Source of the DNA: an uncultured virus (IMG/VR IMGVR_UViG_3300032093_000081)
Lineage: Duplodnaviria > Heunggongvirae > Uroviricota > Caudoviricetes
Virus record (IMG/VR): IMGVR_UViG_3300032093_000081
DNA: 64,000 bases
Direction: 5' to 3' (one strand)
In this document: positions 47,413-57,209 of the stretch, one piece after another
How the letters are laid out: every line of letters starts with the position of its first letter
How positions within the stretch are numbered: the stretch's first letter is position 1
Notes under the pieces: generated by a model
The model's input: only the letters and a program-made list of their open reading frames with translations
What the model was told of the DNA's origin: nothing
Database searches by the model: none
Position numbers and translations under genes: made by a program

Positions 47413-49359
47413 TTAGTACGAAGATAAGTTAAAAGGCTCCACATCGCGAATAATTCCGCCATCTTCCCAAGTTGCTTTTGCATAAGCACGGAAGTAGGGG
47501 TTCTTTTTTAAACTCTTTGCATGTCTTTTATAGAATGCATCTTTACCATATTTAGATTTACTTCTTTCTCCCATAGATGGGTCTCCAAAGTATTTCTTAG
47601 TTCCGTCTGGACCAGTTACTACATGAGTCTTGCCTTTACGCTCACTAGTCTTACGGACAGTATAACCTCCTTTTCCAAACAAAGGATATTCAGTTACTTT
47701 ATTTCCGGCAAATTGATACTCACCGTTGGGCATCATCATTTGAGTATCTCCTGCATCAGATACGCCCAAGACAGGGTAAGGTACTCCTTTCATTGTAATG
47801 TTAGGAGAGTTTATTTGAGTGACTTTTCCGGGATGCGCCCATTGGCCTCTATCGTCTTTTATTGGACCTCCTTGAGAAAATCTTCCTTTAGTTTTCAAAT
47901 TTGATTTTATTAATGTTGATTTATTTGGACTGCTTTCTTCTTCTGGCAATTGTTTAATAGGTTGAGAGGGCATACGTAGTTTTTCATACATTGGCCCAAG
48001 TTGTTTTTCTAATGCTTCTTTTTCTGGGGCATATTTATCTAACTCTGATTTTAATTTTTTAGTATTTCCTATGTATCGGTAATAATCAATTCTATCGTTA
48101 GGATCTTTATTTGTATTTAACATACTTACATCATACATAAGTCTTTGTCCATCAATCACGTTATAAAAAAATCCTTTTTTATTATTGTCTGGCTCATCAT
48201 TATCGGGTTGCATATAAACGCCAGTATGGTGAGGTCTCCGGACTAATTGATTTGGGTTATTAATATAATCTGCAGGAGAAAGCTCTACCATAAGGCCTAT
48301 ATCTCCCGGCTCTCTTTTTGAGGGGTCAATTTTTTCAAAAGGTATTTGTTTAGCTGCTGCTTTAGCTGCAAATCCCTGATTACCTGGGATAATAGGAACA
48401 TCATTTGCTCCCGCTTTTTGATACGTAAAACATCCGTAAGGAGTACAATAAAGTTCTCTGTGAGGTTCTGCTCCTTTTCTCCAAGTATTAGTAGAAGGAT
48501 CCCATTGGGCTACAGAATATTTACCATCGTTAGGAAGCATCTTTTGTATTTCTTCTGGAAGATTTTTTCTGGCTTTTTCTAACTCTGTGGGATTAGCAGC
48601 ATTAATGAATTCTGCATATCCTTTAGGCAACCTTGCTACATCCCAATTAATAAGCGCATCTCGGTAAACATCATCCCCAGCATTTAACTTATCTGCCTCA
48701 ACTAGAACATTTTTTCTCACTTGATTTACTCTGTCTACTTCCTTTTGGTAGTTAGATTGAGCAGATGAGTAACTAGGCAAAATTTGATTTAGTCTGGTCT
48801 GCTTAGAAACAAGTTCATTTTCATTTATTTCTTCTGAAATTTCTCCTCCTCTTTGGTATTTTCCTTTAATCTTTTTCTCCTGTTTAAGCATTTCTTTAGT
48901 AGGCTTTTTACCTGACCCACGATTAGCTCTTATATTATCCCATAAGCCTCTACGAGAATAGGAGCCGTCAGCTCGTTTAATCATACCTCCTTTTTCTATT
49001 ACAGGTAAAGTAGGCTGTATAATATTCCCCTGCATATCTCTTACTTCGTTAGGTTTACCTACTTGTGGGGCTTTTCGCAAGTTTAGGTTTCCTGTAGAAG
49101 GAATAACTGGGGCCATATTTCTAGGAAACACATATTCTTTTTTTAATTGTTCTTGTGCTTTGTCAAAGGGGGTATATACGCTTCCATACATCATTTCTAC
49201 TGGGTTAGTGTGGGCGCGAATATCATAAACCGGTGGTACAGGAGTAGGGACAGGAAATTCTTCATTTCTTGCCCCCTTTGCAAACTTTTTAAGACCCCCT
49301 GATTTATAAGAAGCACTTCTTGCTTCTGCTAGTTCTGAAGAAAGATTAAAGTAATCCAT
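47413..49359 (-). CDS. Modular cargo protein with NlpC/P60-like peptidase domain and xxGG-delimited modules (648 aa)
   Basis: YCTPYGCFTYQKAG...PGDI...HHTGVY (Cys...His); seven xxG[GA] motifs. Confidence 0.7.
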   Translation of the reverse strand: MDYFNLSSELAEARSASYKSGGLKKFAKGARNEEFPVPTPVPPVYDIRAHTNPVEMMYGSVYTPFDKAQEQLKKEYVFPRNMAPVIPSTGNLNLRKAPQVGKPNEVRDMQGNIIQPTLPVIEKGGMIKRADGSYSRRGLWDNIRANRGSGKKPTKEMLKQEKKIKGKYQRGGEISEEINENELVSKQTRLNQILPSYSSAQSNYQKEVDRVNQVRKNVLVEADKLNAGDDVYRDALINWDVARLPKGYAEFINAANPTELEKARKNLPEEIQKMLPNDGKYSVAQWDPSTNTWRKGAEPHRELYCTPYGCFTYQKAGANDVPIIPGNQGFAAKAAAKQIPFEKIDPSKREPGDIGLMVELSPADYINNPNQLVRRPHHTGVYMQPDNDEPDNNKKGFFYNVIDGQRLMYDVSMLNTNKDPNDRIDYYRYIGNTKKLKSELDKYAPEKEALEKQLGPMYEKLRMPSQPIKQLPEEESSPNKSTLIKSNLKTKGRFSQGGPIKDDRGQWAHPGKVTQINSPNITMKGVPYPVLGVSDAGDTQMMMPNGEYQFAGNKVTEYPLFGKGGYTVRKTSERKGKTHVVTGPDGTKKYFGDPSMGERSKSKYGKDAFYKRHAKSLKKNPYFRAYAKATWEDGGIIRDVEPFNLSSY

Positions 49360-49360
49360 T

Positions 49361-49756
49361 TTAACTGAGAGTTAGTAAGTAAAGTGTCTTGGTTATCAAA
49401 GTAAGAACTTCATCAATTTGGTTTTGAATGTGTGATTCAGAACTTACTTCGTCTCGAGTAGCTTCTATGTATCCTTTCATTTGAGTTAAATGAGAGTTCA
49501 TAGGCATATACTCACACGCGGGTATTTTTAGATTCATAACCATGCCGGTAGTTCCCATATGGGATTCTGCAATGGCGTCAGCTAAGTCTACTACTGCGTC
49601 GTAATAACCATTTAATGCCACGTGTTCAGCATAGCTTTTAGTACGAAGGTGTGCAATGTGGGCAATGTTCCGGCTGTAAAGAAGCTTTGAAACAAATTCT
49701 TCGCACATCGCGCTGCCCATAGCTGGGGGAGTACTTCCTAAGATTTTGGGGATCAT
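49361..49756 (-). CDS. Ferritin/Dps-like protein (DUF5856-like)
   Basis: HIAHLRTKSYAEHVALNGYYD...DAIAE...QNQIDE...TLYLL four-helix pattern. Confidence 0.8.
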   Translation of the reverse strand: MIPKILGSTPPAMGSAMCEEFVSKLLYSRNIAHIAHLRTKSYAEHVALNGYYDAVVDLADAIAESHMGTTGMVMNLKIPACEYMPMNSHLTQMKGYIEATRDEVSSESHIQNQIDEVLTLITKTLYLLTLS

Positions 49757-52700
49757 ATGATGGAGTTATTAGTTTGAGTGATATTAAAATGGTTTACAAA
49801 TTTAAACCGATTATACTTGTCTTGTATTAGTCGTACCCGACAGTAAGTTGAACGCATCTTTACTTTAGTGCGATACATACTTATTGAGACAGCATCTGGG
49901 TTTATTACTTTGTCTATTGGGAATCTATCTTTTATGTCTTCCCATTTAGTAGAGAATATAGGCTGTTGAGTTTGTTTATTTGCCGATAAGTCAAAGAAGC
50001 CGTTAAAGGTATTTCTGTGCTCTCTTTTTGAAATAAGCGCAAAATATCTTCCTCCGGATACTGTCGGATATTGAAGTTTTTGCTGTGCATTATTCAACAT
50101 CTGAGGCACTAAATTTATTTCTCCCGTTACTTGTTCTTTATTGTAAAGAATTGCCTTAGTAAAGTTTACTAAGTTTTCTCTGTTATTAGAACCTAACGAA
50201 TAGTAATCATGCTCATTATAGTACTTAAGAATGTCATGGATAGAAGTAACTGAGTTAAGAGTGGAGATATTTGCTCCTGTATTTACAGAGTATTCTAAGA
50301 TGTAAGGATAGAACTTGCCGTAATAAGTCTGGTAGCTTAGTAAGGAGAGGTTATGATTCCATATTCCTGTTTGAGTAGCAGACTGAAAATGGTTTACAAA
50401 AGGCACATAATGATTTGGAAGAAAAGAATAGAAAGAGACCCATCCTCCTTTGCCTTCATTAGCTATAGGCGAATAGCCCATAGTCCAAGAGTGATTCTCA
50501 AAATAAGTATCGTCTGTAAGACTTATTTCTCTTCCTTGATAGAAGTATGAGTTGTTAGAGTATGTTATCTGACCTCTGTATGCCGGCAATACTCTATAGT
50601 CTAATTTGGTAACAAGCAGTTTTTTAAGCCTGTCATCCCAAGTCATTACTATACCTATTCCTTTTGCAGGGTTATCTACATCTGCATCTGGAAAGTCTTT
50701 GAGAATCTTAAAGGGGAGATTTTGATTAAACCAAGCTGCAGAGTTTCTATTTGAGATTTCATCAAATCCTTGGCCTACAAAATAGATGTCTCCGCGTTTA
50801 GCGTCTGTCCAATATGCTCCTTGAGGAGTTTTTACAAATGCTTTGTGCTGAGTTCCTACATATCCAATATCTGAAGTAGCAAGGTCTATAGGCTTTTGAT
50901 TAAACATAGAAGCATTACCAATCTCCATCATTAAAGGACTGGTATTCTCTAATGTAATAATAGCATTGTAAACCTTGGTAGTATTTTCAAACCTTGCGTA
51001 AACCTTACCGTTATCTACTGCGTTTAATGCTATTAACTTTCCTCCTGTTTTAGGGAAGTCATAATAGTTGCCTCTACGATAGTTTAGCCAAGGGTCTGTC
51101 TGAGCCCTCATTATCTGGGAGTCTGCATTTTGACTTCCTCCTCTGTTTTTGTTTAGAGGGTCAGAATAGATTACTCGGTTGAATAAATCTGTTTCGCAGT
51201 AAAGCTGAGGGTATCTTGGATTATAAGAAGGGTTATAGTTGATTACGTTTTGACGAGAAAAAGTAGAATCGTAATTGTAGGTATTATCTAATTCATACGG
51301 AGTGTTAATATGCTGCAACCACTTATCGGGAATTAAACCTTCTACATTAGGATAATAATTTCCTTCGTTAGGATTAGTTCCATGTCTAAAATGAGTGTTT
51401 ACATCAGACTCTACGTAAAACACAGGAATACCTATAGAGGCAAGATACATCATGCCTTTCTTAACAAACCCTAATTTTCCTTCTTCTTTATCTAAAACTA
51501 CTTGTCCATTAAAATCGCCCATTAAAGAATCTAAAGCTGCTAGTATTGCTACTTGTCCAAAAAAAGCCAGACTTAAAGTAGCAGACCCTCCTAGTATAGC
51601 AGCCGCACCAGCTACTGCCATAAGCCCCCCAAAAATTCCTAAAAACGTAACTAAACTCCCTAAATCTATTAATCGAGTATCATACCCAGTATAGTAAGTA
51701 GGGTATCCAATGTTTGGAACAAAATGATAGTTAAAAACAAAATCATCCGGCTTGCCTACTAAGTTCTGAGTAAAGAATATCATCTTTCTTTTCAGAGCAA
51801 AAGGAGTAATAAAAGTGTCCCCTCCAAAAGCAGGGTAATACCTATCTTCCATTACCATTACTTCTGAATTAGTAGTAGAGACTATGTTAACATGATAATT
51901 AGTTGATACGTATCTAATGTCTGAGATTTGGCCGTATTGTGCTTCCCTTGGTTGTTTTATGGAACAATAGTAAGCACGAGTAGTGCGACTTGTATCTATT
52001 TGAGTAGGGTCGTCTTTTCCTGTTTCTCCAAATACATATCTCGAGTTGTCTATTTTGTTTGGGTAATGTTCGTTAAAAAGTTTACCCGGGCTTACTTTTA
52101 AATAGACTGCGCTTTCTCTAAACCTATTAGAGAAACTATGGTCAGAGTTAGCAAAACTTACATTTGCAGACGGAAGATAGGCAGCGTAATCTAAACTTCT
52201 TCGTTTATGTCCAGAGTTAGGAATTGCAAGAAACTCATTGTATTTGGCTACTGCGTTGTATTGCCATGCAAGATTATACCGAGGAATGTTTTGTTCAATT
52301 AATTCAAGTATTAATTTTTTAATTGGAAGATATTCAGGTATGTTTATTTTTGATTTATTAGTAGCCCCTCCAGTAGGCCCAACAAGAAATCCAGATTCTC
52401 CATCGTATATCAATGACCCTGCAACAATACTAGCAATAACAGAATTAAGATTTGTCAAAAATCTTAACTTACTATGGAGTTCTGCTTCTACGAAGTGGCC
52501 TTTAACTTGCCCCATTTCAAGGGTTTCAAGCTTCAATTCAGAGCCAAGTCTGGGGGCTTGAAAGTGAGTATCAGGAGAATGGAACGTAAACCTTTCATGC
52601 TTGTACTGAGAGTTTACAGCAAAGCCTTTAAAAGAATACTTTGTAATGTTATTGTTCCTGTCGGGTACGTCTGAGTTTGCCTTATATCTTACGTTCCTGT

Positions 52701-55700
52701 CTTGTTTGTACCAAGCAGGGTCTTTCATAAGATATGGATCATCTACATAAGTAAAGCCAGCCGCATTAATTCTCCTTCCTATGTCGTTGAAAGGATAGTT
52801 TGCGTAATAGACTTTATCTTTGTTTGTATATTCTAAAGTGCCTACATCATATACAAGTCCTTTTGCGACTACACTTTTGTGGCCTACTCGTGAAGCATAC
52901 ACTAGTTCAAACCCACAAATAAGTTCCTTGGCTTTGACTTTATATCCTAAAGTAGGATGAAAAATCTCAAAGTTATTAAGGAGGTTATTAAAAATGTCCT
53001 TGTCTATTCGTATCCCGATGGGGTATATATTTACCTGACGGTCGAAATTTGCTTCGATACCGCCATTGGTAAAACTCGTCGTATTGTGAATATGAGTAAT
53101 AAGACTATCAGGGAACTTGTGAAACCGTATAGGCGTATCAGCTAAAATTTTACCTTCTGCATCTGCATCCCATATCTCCTCATTGCAAGGATATTTTTCT
53201 GCAGATTCGTAAACACCAAACTCGCCACGTAAACTGTTTTTAATTTCACACGCATACTGTTTTTCAATAGGTGTTTGATTTTGAGAAACAATAGCTTTGC
53301 CCGCCCCTGCAGTGTTGTAAACTTTCCATTTTGGTTGTTGAGGAGCAGATATACAATCTCCTTCTGGTCGGAATACGTCAAAGTTTTCTTCTGTTAAAGG
53401 CGCACGTTCTGAAGAATTAGGCGCTCTGCCCGGTATATGGAATGCTTCTGTGTATTTTCCAGTCTTTAGTTTGAACTTGATGCCAAAAGCATATACTTCA
53501 TCACGTTGATAGCCTCTAAAGAAATACGCAATTTCAGGGTTAGAATAATCCCATTTACCTCCTGCAGGCATTTGAACTGTTTCCCACATGAGTTTCATTT
53601 TGTTAGCAAAAGGCTGGAAGTTGTAGTCTGCTTCTTTTTCTAAGTCAGCCAACATCAGCATATCATTTTGCTTTTCAATTATTCCTACTTTGTCGTAGTA
53701 AGGAGTACGTATTAAAGGCAGATTATCAGTAATCTTTTTCTTTACTTCTCCAGTATAGATAACTACGTTTTCAGAAGTCTTTCTATAGTTTCCAACTAAG
53801 CTGTAAGTAGTTGTGTTTTCTACGCTTTCGCATACTACTAGATTAAAAAAGTCAAAGATGTTAGACTTGTGCCGGATATTTACTTTAATTGCAGTTCCTG
53901 TTTCGTACCCTAAACTATCGTGTATGCCCGGAGTAACTACTGAGATTCCATGAGTAAAATCAAAGTAATCAGTTATTTCTTCTCCGTATTCATCAGTATA
54001 TGCAATAGCAAACTGATACATACCTGACCTTAGATTGCCCCCTGAAGTAGATTCAACTATGTCTACGTTTGGATGACAAGTATCAGGTATAATGTTTAGC
54101 TCTTTACAGGTCTTTTTTGTTACATAGCCTCTGCCTCCGCAATCGTTTCTTTTACCGCAAGCATCCCTATTTAAAGGGTTTTCTAAAGAAAGAAACCTTG
54201 GAGGATTGTTTTTAGAAACAAAGTATATCCTTGTTTCACATTGGTCTATTTTGTAAGTAGCAAAAAGAGCGTAGTTGATGTCAAAGTTTAAGCAACAGTT
54301 TTGTTTAGACGGGTTGAGGCAGCCTTCGCATTCATTTAGAAGAGTTTCTCCAATTAAAACTACATTAAGATTTTTATCATTTCTGGTAATACGAGCACTT
54401 CCTTTTCTTGCTCCTACAGTAATTCCATCGTTAGTTCCAAAAATAGGAGAATTAGGAGTTAGTTTTTTTGGAACTCCATTGCAATCAATCCACTCTAAAT
54501 CAACGTCAAACTGTGATTCATTTGTATCTATTTGGTAAACATAATTAATGCATTCTTTACAACAGTCTTCACAACAATCGTCAATTAAGATAGGACGATA
54601 AGTACAGCAGTTGTTCCCTTTTTCTTCTATTGTAGGAGGTTCAGTAGTGACTCTCACGCACGCAGGAGCGCACGAACCGTCAAACTTGGCTACCGGAACA
54701 TAACCAAAAGGACAAGAAACATCTAATTCGGTTAAAATTTTAGTTTGGTCTTTCGTAGACCAAACTACATTTAAATCAGAAGGACTTGCGGCTGACTGTA
54801 ACTCTGAAGCAGTATTGTTATAAATCTCTGCTGCAATCATTTCTGGGCCGTCAACGTTATAGTATTCTAACTTTATACTATGTGGCCCTCTATCTAGCCG
54901 AATAGGATAAATATGTAAATACCTATATCCAATTTGATCTGCATTTGTTGCTCCCGGCCCTCCAAATTGATTAGTTTGCCATTGTTGAAACCCAGCTCCA
55001 CTACCGGGGATTAAAATATTATCTCCAGCAGATGGGTCTAAAATCACTTGCCCATCTAAAGAAACCCTAAAATAGTTATCTGCAGCAATGGCTAAATAAT
55101 AAACTTTACTTTGTTCTACACAAATAGTAGTTAAAAAAGATAACCACTCTTTTTCTGAATTACCCTCTAATTTTTTTGATATTTGATTTATTCTGCCGTT
55201 AAAACTCCCGGCACTAACAGTATACCACCAAGAATTAGTCAGTTTAACAAATCCATTATTATGAGTTCCGTCCCCACCCCATCCTAGAATGTTCCATCCT
55301 TCATTGTACAAAGAAGGGGAAGCTGAACCAAATACAGCATTTTTAGAATTTTCTAAATCTTTAGATGTAGTATTTATTGTAACAGGCTGATATTCATACT
55401 TCTCACAGACATAACTTCCATCAGGATTACTTACTAAAGTGTAGCCTTCTGGGCAAGTGTATTCATCTATTTTGTCTTTGTAGTCTGCCTTTACGGTAGT
55501 TTTAATATGCTTACCTCCTGCACATCCACAATCAGTTTCTACTTCATCAAGCGTAAGACAGTCATCTTCGTTATTAGTTACTTCTCCAATCTCTGATTTT
55601 CCATCTGGGCCTTGAAGAAAAACAATAGTTCGGCTCTGTTCTTGAATAGGAAGTATTCTCAGGATTTTATACCCCGGCTTTATTTTTTCAAAATCAATGC

Positions 55701-55857
55701 AAGATTGATTAGAGGGGTCGTTTGTATAAGTATAAGTATCTCCGTCTAAAGACTGAAGATTAGCATTAAGTGCATAGGTGACTTGATTGGCATCTATTTG
55801 CCAATCAACTGAGTCTAAATTTAAACCAGAAACGTTCCTGTTCAGTTTGTTCTCCAT
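49753..55857 (-). CDS. Tail stabilisation / muzzle protein with Cys-rich PA14-like insertion (2034 aa)
   Basis: GLNLD...YALNA start; GYQRDEVYAFGI; PIRFHKFPD; FTFHSPD; FGGDTFI; SWTMGYS...WVSFYSFLP; position after the ring protein. Confidence 0.85.
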   Translation of the reverse strand: MENKLNRNVSGLNLDSVDWQIDANQVTYALNANLQSLDGDTYTYTNDPSNQSCIDFEKIKPGYKILRILPIQEQSRTIVFLQGPDGKSEIGEVTNNEDDCLTLDEVETDCGCAGGKHIKTTVKADYKDKIDEYTCPEGYTLVSNPDGSYVCEKYEYQPVTINTTSKDLENSKNAVFGSASPSLYNEGWNILGWGGDGTHNNGFVKLTNSWWYTVSAGSFNGRINQISKKLEGNSEKEWLSFLTTICVEQSKVYYLAIAADNYFRVSLDGQVILDPSAGDNILIPGSGAGFQQWQTNQFGGPGATNADQIGYRYLHIYPIRLDRGPHSIKLEYYNVDGPEMIAAEIYNNTASELQSAASPSDLNVVWSTKDQTKILTELDVSCPFGYVPVAKFDGSCAPACVRVTTEPPTIEEKGNNCCTYRPILIDDCCEDCCKECINYVYQIDTNESQFDVDLEWIDCNGVPKKLTPNSPIFGTNDGITVGARKGSARITRNDKNLNVVLIGETLLNECEGCLNPSKQNCCLNFDINYALFATYKIDQCETRIYFVSKNNPPRFLSLENPLNRDACGKRNDCGGRGYVTKKTCKELNIIPDTCHPNVDIVESTSGGNLRSGMYQFAIAYTDEYGEEITDYFDFTHGISVVTPGIHDSLGYETGTAIKVNIRHKSNIFDFFNLVVCESVENTTTYSLVGNYRKTSENVVIYTGEVKKKITDNLPLIRTPYYDKVGIIEKQNDMLMLADLEKEADYNFQPFANKMKLMWETVQMPAGGKWDYSNPEIAYFFRGYQRDEVYAFGIKFKLKTGKYTEAFHIPGRAPNSSERAPLTEENFDVFRPEGDCISAPQQPKWKVYNTAGAGKAIVSQNQTPIEKQYACEIKNSLRGEFGVYESAEKYPCNEEIWDADAEGKILADTPIRFHKFPDSLITHIHNTTSFTNGGIEANFDRQVNIYPIGIRIDKDIFNNLLNNFEIFHPTLGYKVKAKELICGFELVYASRVGHKSVVAKGLVYDVGTLEYTNKDKVYYANYPFNDIGRRINAAGFTYVDDPYLMKDPAWYKQDRNVRYKANSDVPDRNNNITKYSFKGFAVNSQYKHERFTFHSPDTHFQAPRLGSELKLETLEMGQVKGHFVEAELHSKLRFLTNLNSVIASIVAGSLIYDGESGFLVGPTGGATNKSKINIPEYLPIKKLILELIEQNIPRYNLAWQYNAVAKYNEFLAIPNSGHKRRSLDYAAYLPSANVSFANSDHSFSNRFRESAVYLKVSPGKLFNEHYPNKIDNSRYVFGETGKDDPTQIDTSRTTRAYYCSIKQPREAQYGQISDIRYVSTNYHVNIVSTTNSEVMVMEDRYYPAFGGDTFITPFALKRKMIFFTQNLVGKPDDFVFNYHFVPNIGYPTYYTGYDTRLIDLGSLVTFLGIFGGLMAVAGAAAILGGSATLSLAFFGQVAILAALDSLMGDFNGQVVLDKEEGKLGFVKKGMMYLASIGIPVFYVESDVNTHFRHGTNPNEGNYYPNVEGLIPDKWLQHINTPYELDNTYNYDSTFSRQNVINYNPSYNPRYPQLYCETDLFNRVIYSDPLNKNRGGSQNADSQIMRAQTDPWLNYRRGNYYDFPKTGGKLIALNAVDNGKVYARFENTTKVYNAIITLENTSPLMMEIGNASMFNQKPIDLATSDIGYVGTQHKAFVKTPQGAYWTDAKRGDIYFVGQGFDEISNRNSAAWFNQNLPFKILKDFPDADVDNPAKGIGIVMTWDDRLKKLLVTKLDYRVLPAYRGQITYSNNSYFYQGREISLTDDTYFENHSWTMGYSPIANEGKGGWVSFYSFLPNHYVPFVNHFQSATQTGIWNHNLSLLSYQTYYGKFYPYILEYSVNTGANISTLNSVTSIHDILKYYNEHDYYSLGSNNRENLVNFTKAILYNKEQVTGEINLVPQMLNNAQQKLQYPTVSGGRYFALISKREHRNTFNGFFDLSANKQTQQPIFSTKWEDIKDRFPIDKVINPDAVSISMYRTKVKMRSTYCRVRLIQDKYNRFKFVNHFNITQTNNSII

Positions 55858-55872
55858 CTGAGAAACTTCGTT

Positions 55873-56706
55873 TTATCGAATGTGAAATTTGAAAAACTTA
55901 CGTTTTCTTCTTACTACGTTATCTACGTCTTGTTGGACAGTAGTACGCATTAAAGTGTTACGAGCAGCTTCAAATTTTTGAGACTGCTCTTGCCGGTAAA
56001 ACTGAAACTTAGATTGTATTTGATTGTATGTTTCATCTACTACAGAATGAAACAACTGCTCAAAAAACTTGTACTTTAAAAACGATTTAATGTATTCTTC
56101 TACCTGAATAATATCAGGAACCTTTCTTAGTCCTTTTTCATCTGTAGGAATGCTTCGATACTTCATGTAAACGTTGCCTTCTCCAAAACTAGATTCAATA
56201 GACCCGTTAAGTTTTATCCTTAAAGAGTCCATAGCTTGGACTCTTAGGTTTTCACAATTATCTACGCACATATTACTAGATTCAAAATACACTCGTAACC
56301 AACGTGGTCGGTCTAATTTGATTCTGTATCCCGGGTGCAAAGAGGTAATCTGTTCGTGAATAATGTATTCTTTGTTGTCTTGACAATGACCAGTAGAAGT
56401 AATTTGTTTAGTCCAAGTGCCGATAAGGCTTGTTGGCCCTGCAATCCATTCTACTTCAGTAGCATAACTTAAAGCATATTCTAAACGATGAAAATCTGGG
56501 GGGAGTTCTGACCTGTAATCAACAAAAGTTAAAACTGCTTCTTCTTGTTTAAGGGCTTTAAACTCAAGCTTTCTTAAAGCAATATCTACATAAGTAGGAA
56601 TAAGAATTTCACTTATAGCCCCTGCTTCAAAATAAGACTCAAGCTCTATTTTGACTTCAGATATTAAAGAATCTGCGCTATGAAAATGTATGTCTTGGTA
56701 TTTCAT
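55873..56706 (-). CDS. Tail tubular/ring protein
   Basis: ELPPDF...IESSFGEGNVYMKYRSIPTDEKG...VPD; sits between the IHF-like and muzzle genes as in crAss-like phages. Confidence 0.75.
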   Translation of the reverse strand: MKYQDIHFHSADSLISEVKIELESYFEAGAISEILIPTYVDIALRKLEFKALKQEEAVLTFVDYRSELPPDFHRLEYALSYATEVEWIAGPTSLIGTWTKQITSTGHCQDNKEYIIHEQITSLHPGYRIKLDRPRWLRVYFESSNMCVDNCENLRVQAMDSLRIKLNGSIESSFGEGNVYMKYRSIPTDEKGLRKVPDIIQVEEYIKSFLKYKFFEQLFHSVVDETYNQIQSKFQFYRQEQSQKFEAARNTLMRTTVQQDVDNVVRRKRKFFKFHIR

Positions 56707-57209
56707 TTTGCCATCTTATTAGAAAGGGCGTTTTTTGTTATAAGCTGTCTTAGTTCTAATCCTGTTTTAAAGGTAAAAAACCCTAAAACAGGAAACTGTC
56801 GATAATAAGGATAGAAATATGCCCGATAGACTTTTCCGTCCATATCCCCTACAGGAACACGTCTCATCTCTTTTGTTTTGTTGTAGTGTGCCCAATCTGG
56901 CCTAGTCTTTATTCTCCCGGGTTTATCCGATTGAGAACTGTAAGGAACAGTTCCAATTACTTTAAGAAGGCCAAACTTTGGAAACCTTACTGCATAAAGT
57001 CCTGAAGCAATCTTTTCTCGGATACTTTTATTTACTGCTCTAGGAATAGCTATAAACTCTTTATAAGTAATATCTGTTCTTCCAGTCTCTCGAATAAACC
57101 GTCCATAAGCAGCTTTATTTGAAAAAGAAAAAAAGTCTGTAAACTTTGGTAGTTTAATCTTTTGATTCTTCTTTTTTTCTTCGGTGAGTGTGTGGTTAAG
57201 GTTGGTCAT
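56703..57209 (-). CDS. IHF/HU-like basic DNA-binding protein (crAss type)
   Basis: VRFPKFGLLKV...PDW...FTFK...LRQLI; basic; conserved location. Confidence 0.65.
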   Translation of the reverse strand: MTNLNHTLTEEKKKNQKIKLPKFTDFFSFSNKAAYGRFIRETGRTDITYKEFIAIPRAVNKSIREKIASGLYAVRFPKFGLLKVIGTVPYSSQSDKPGRIKTRPDWAHYNKTKEMRRVPVGDMDGKVYRAYFYPYYRQFPVLGFFTFKTGLELRQLITKNALSNKMAK

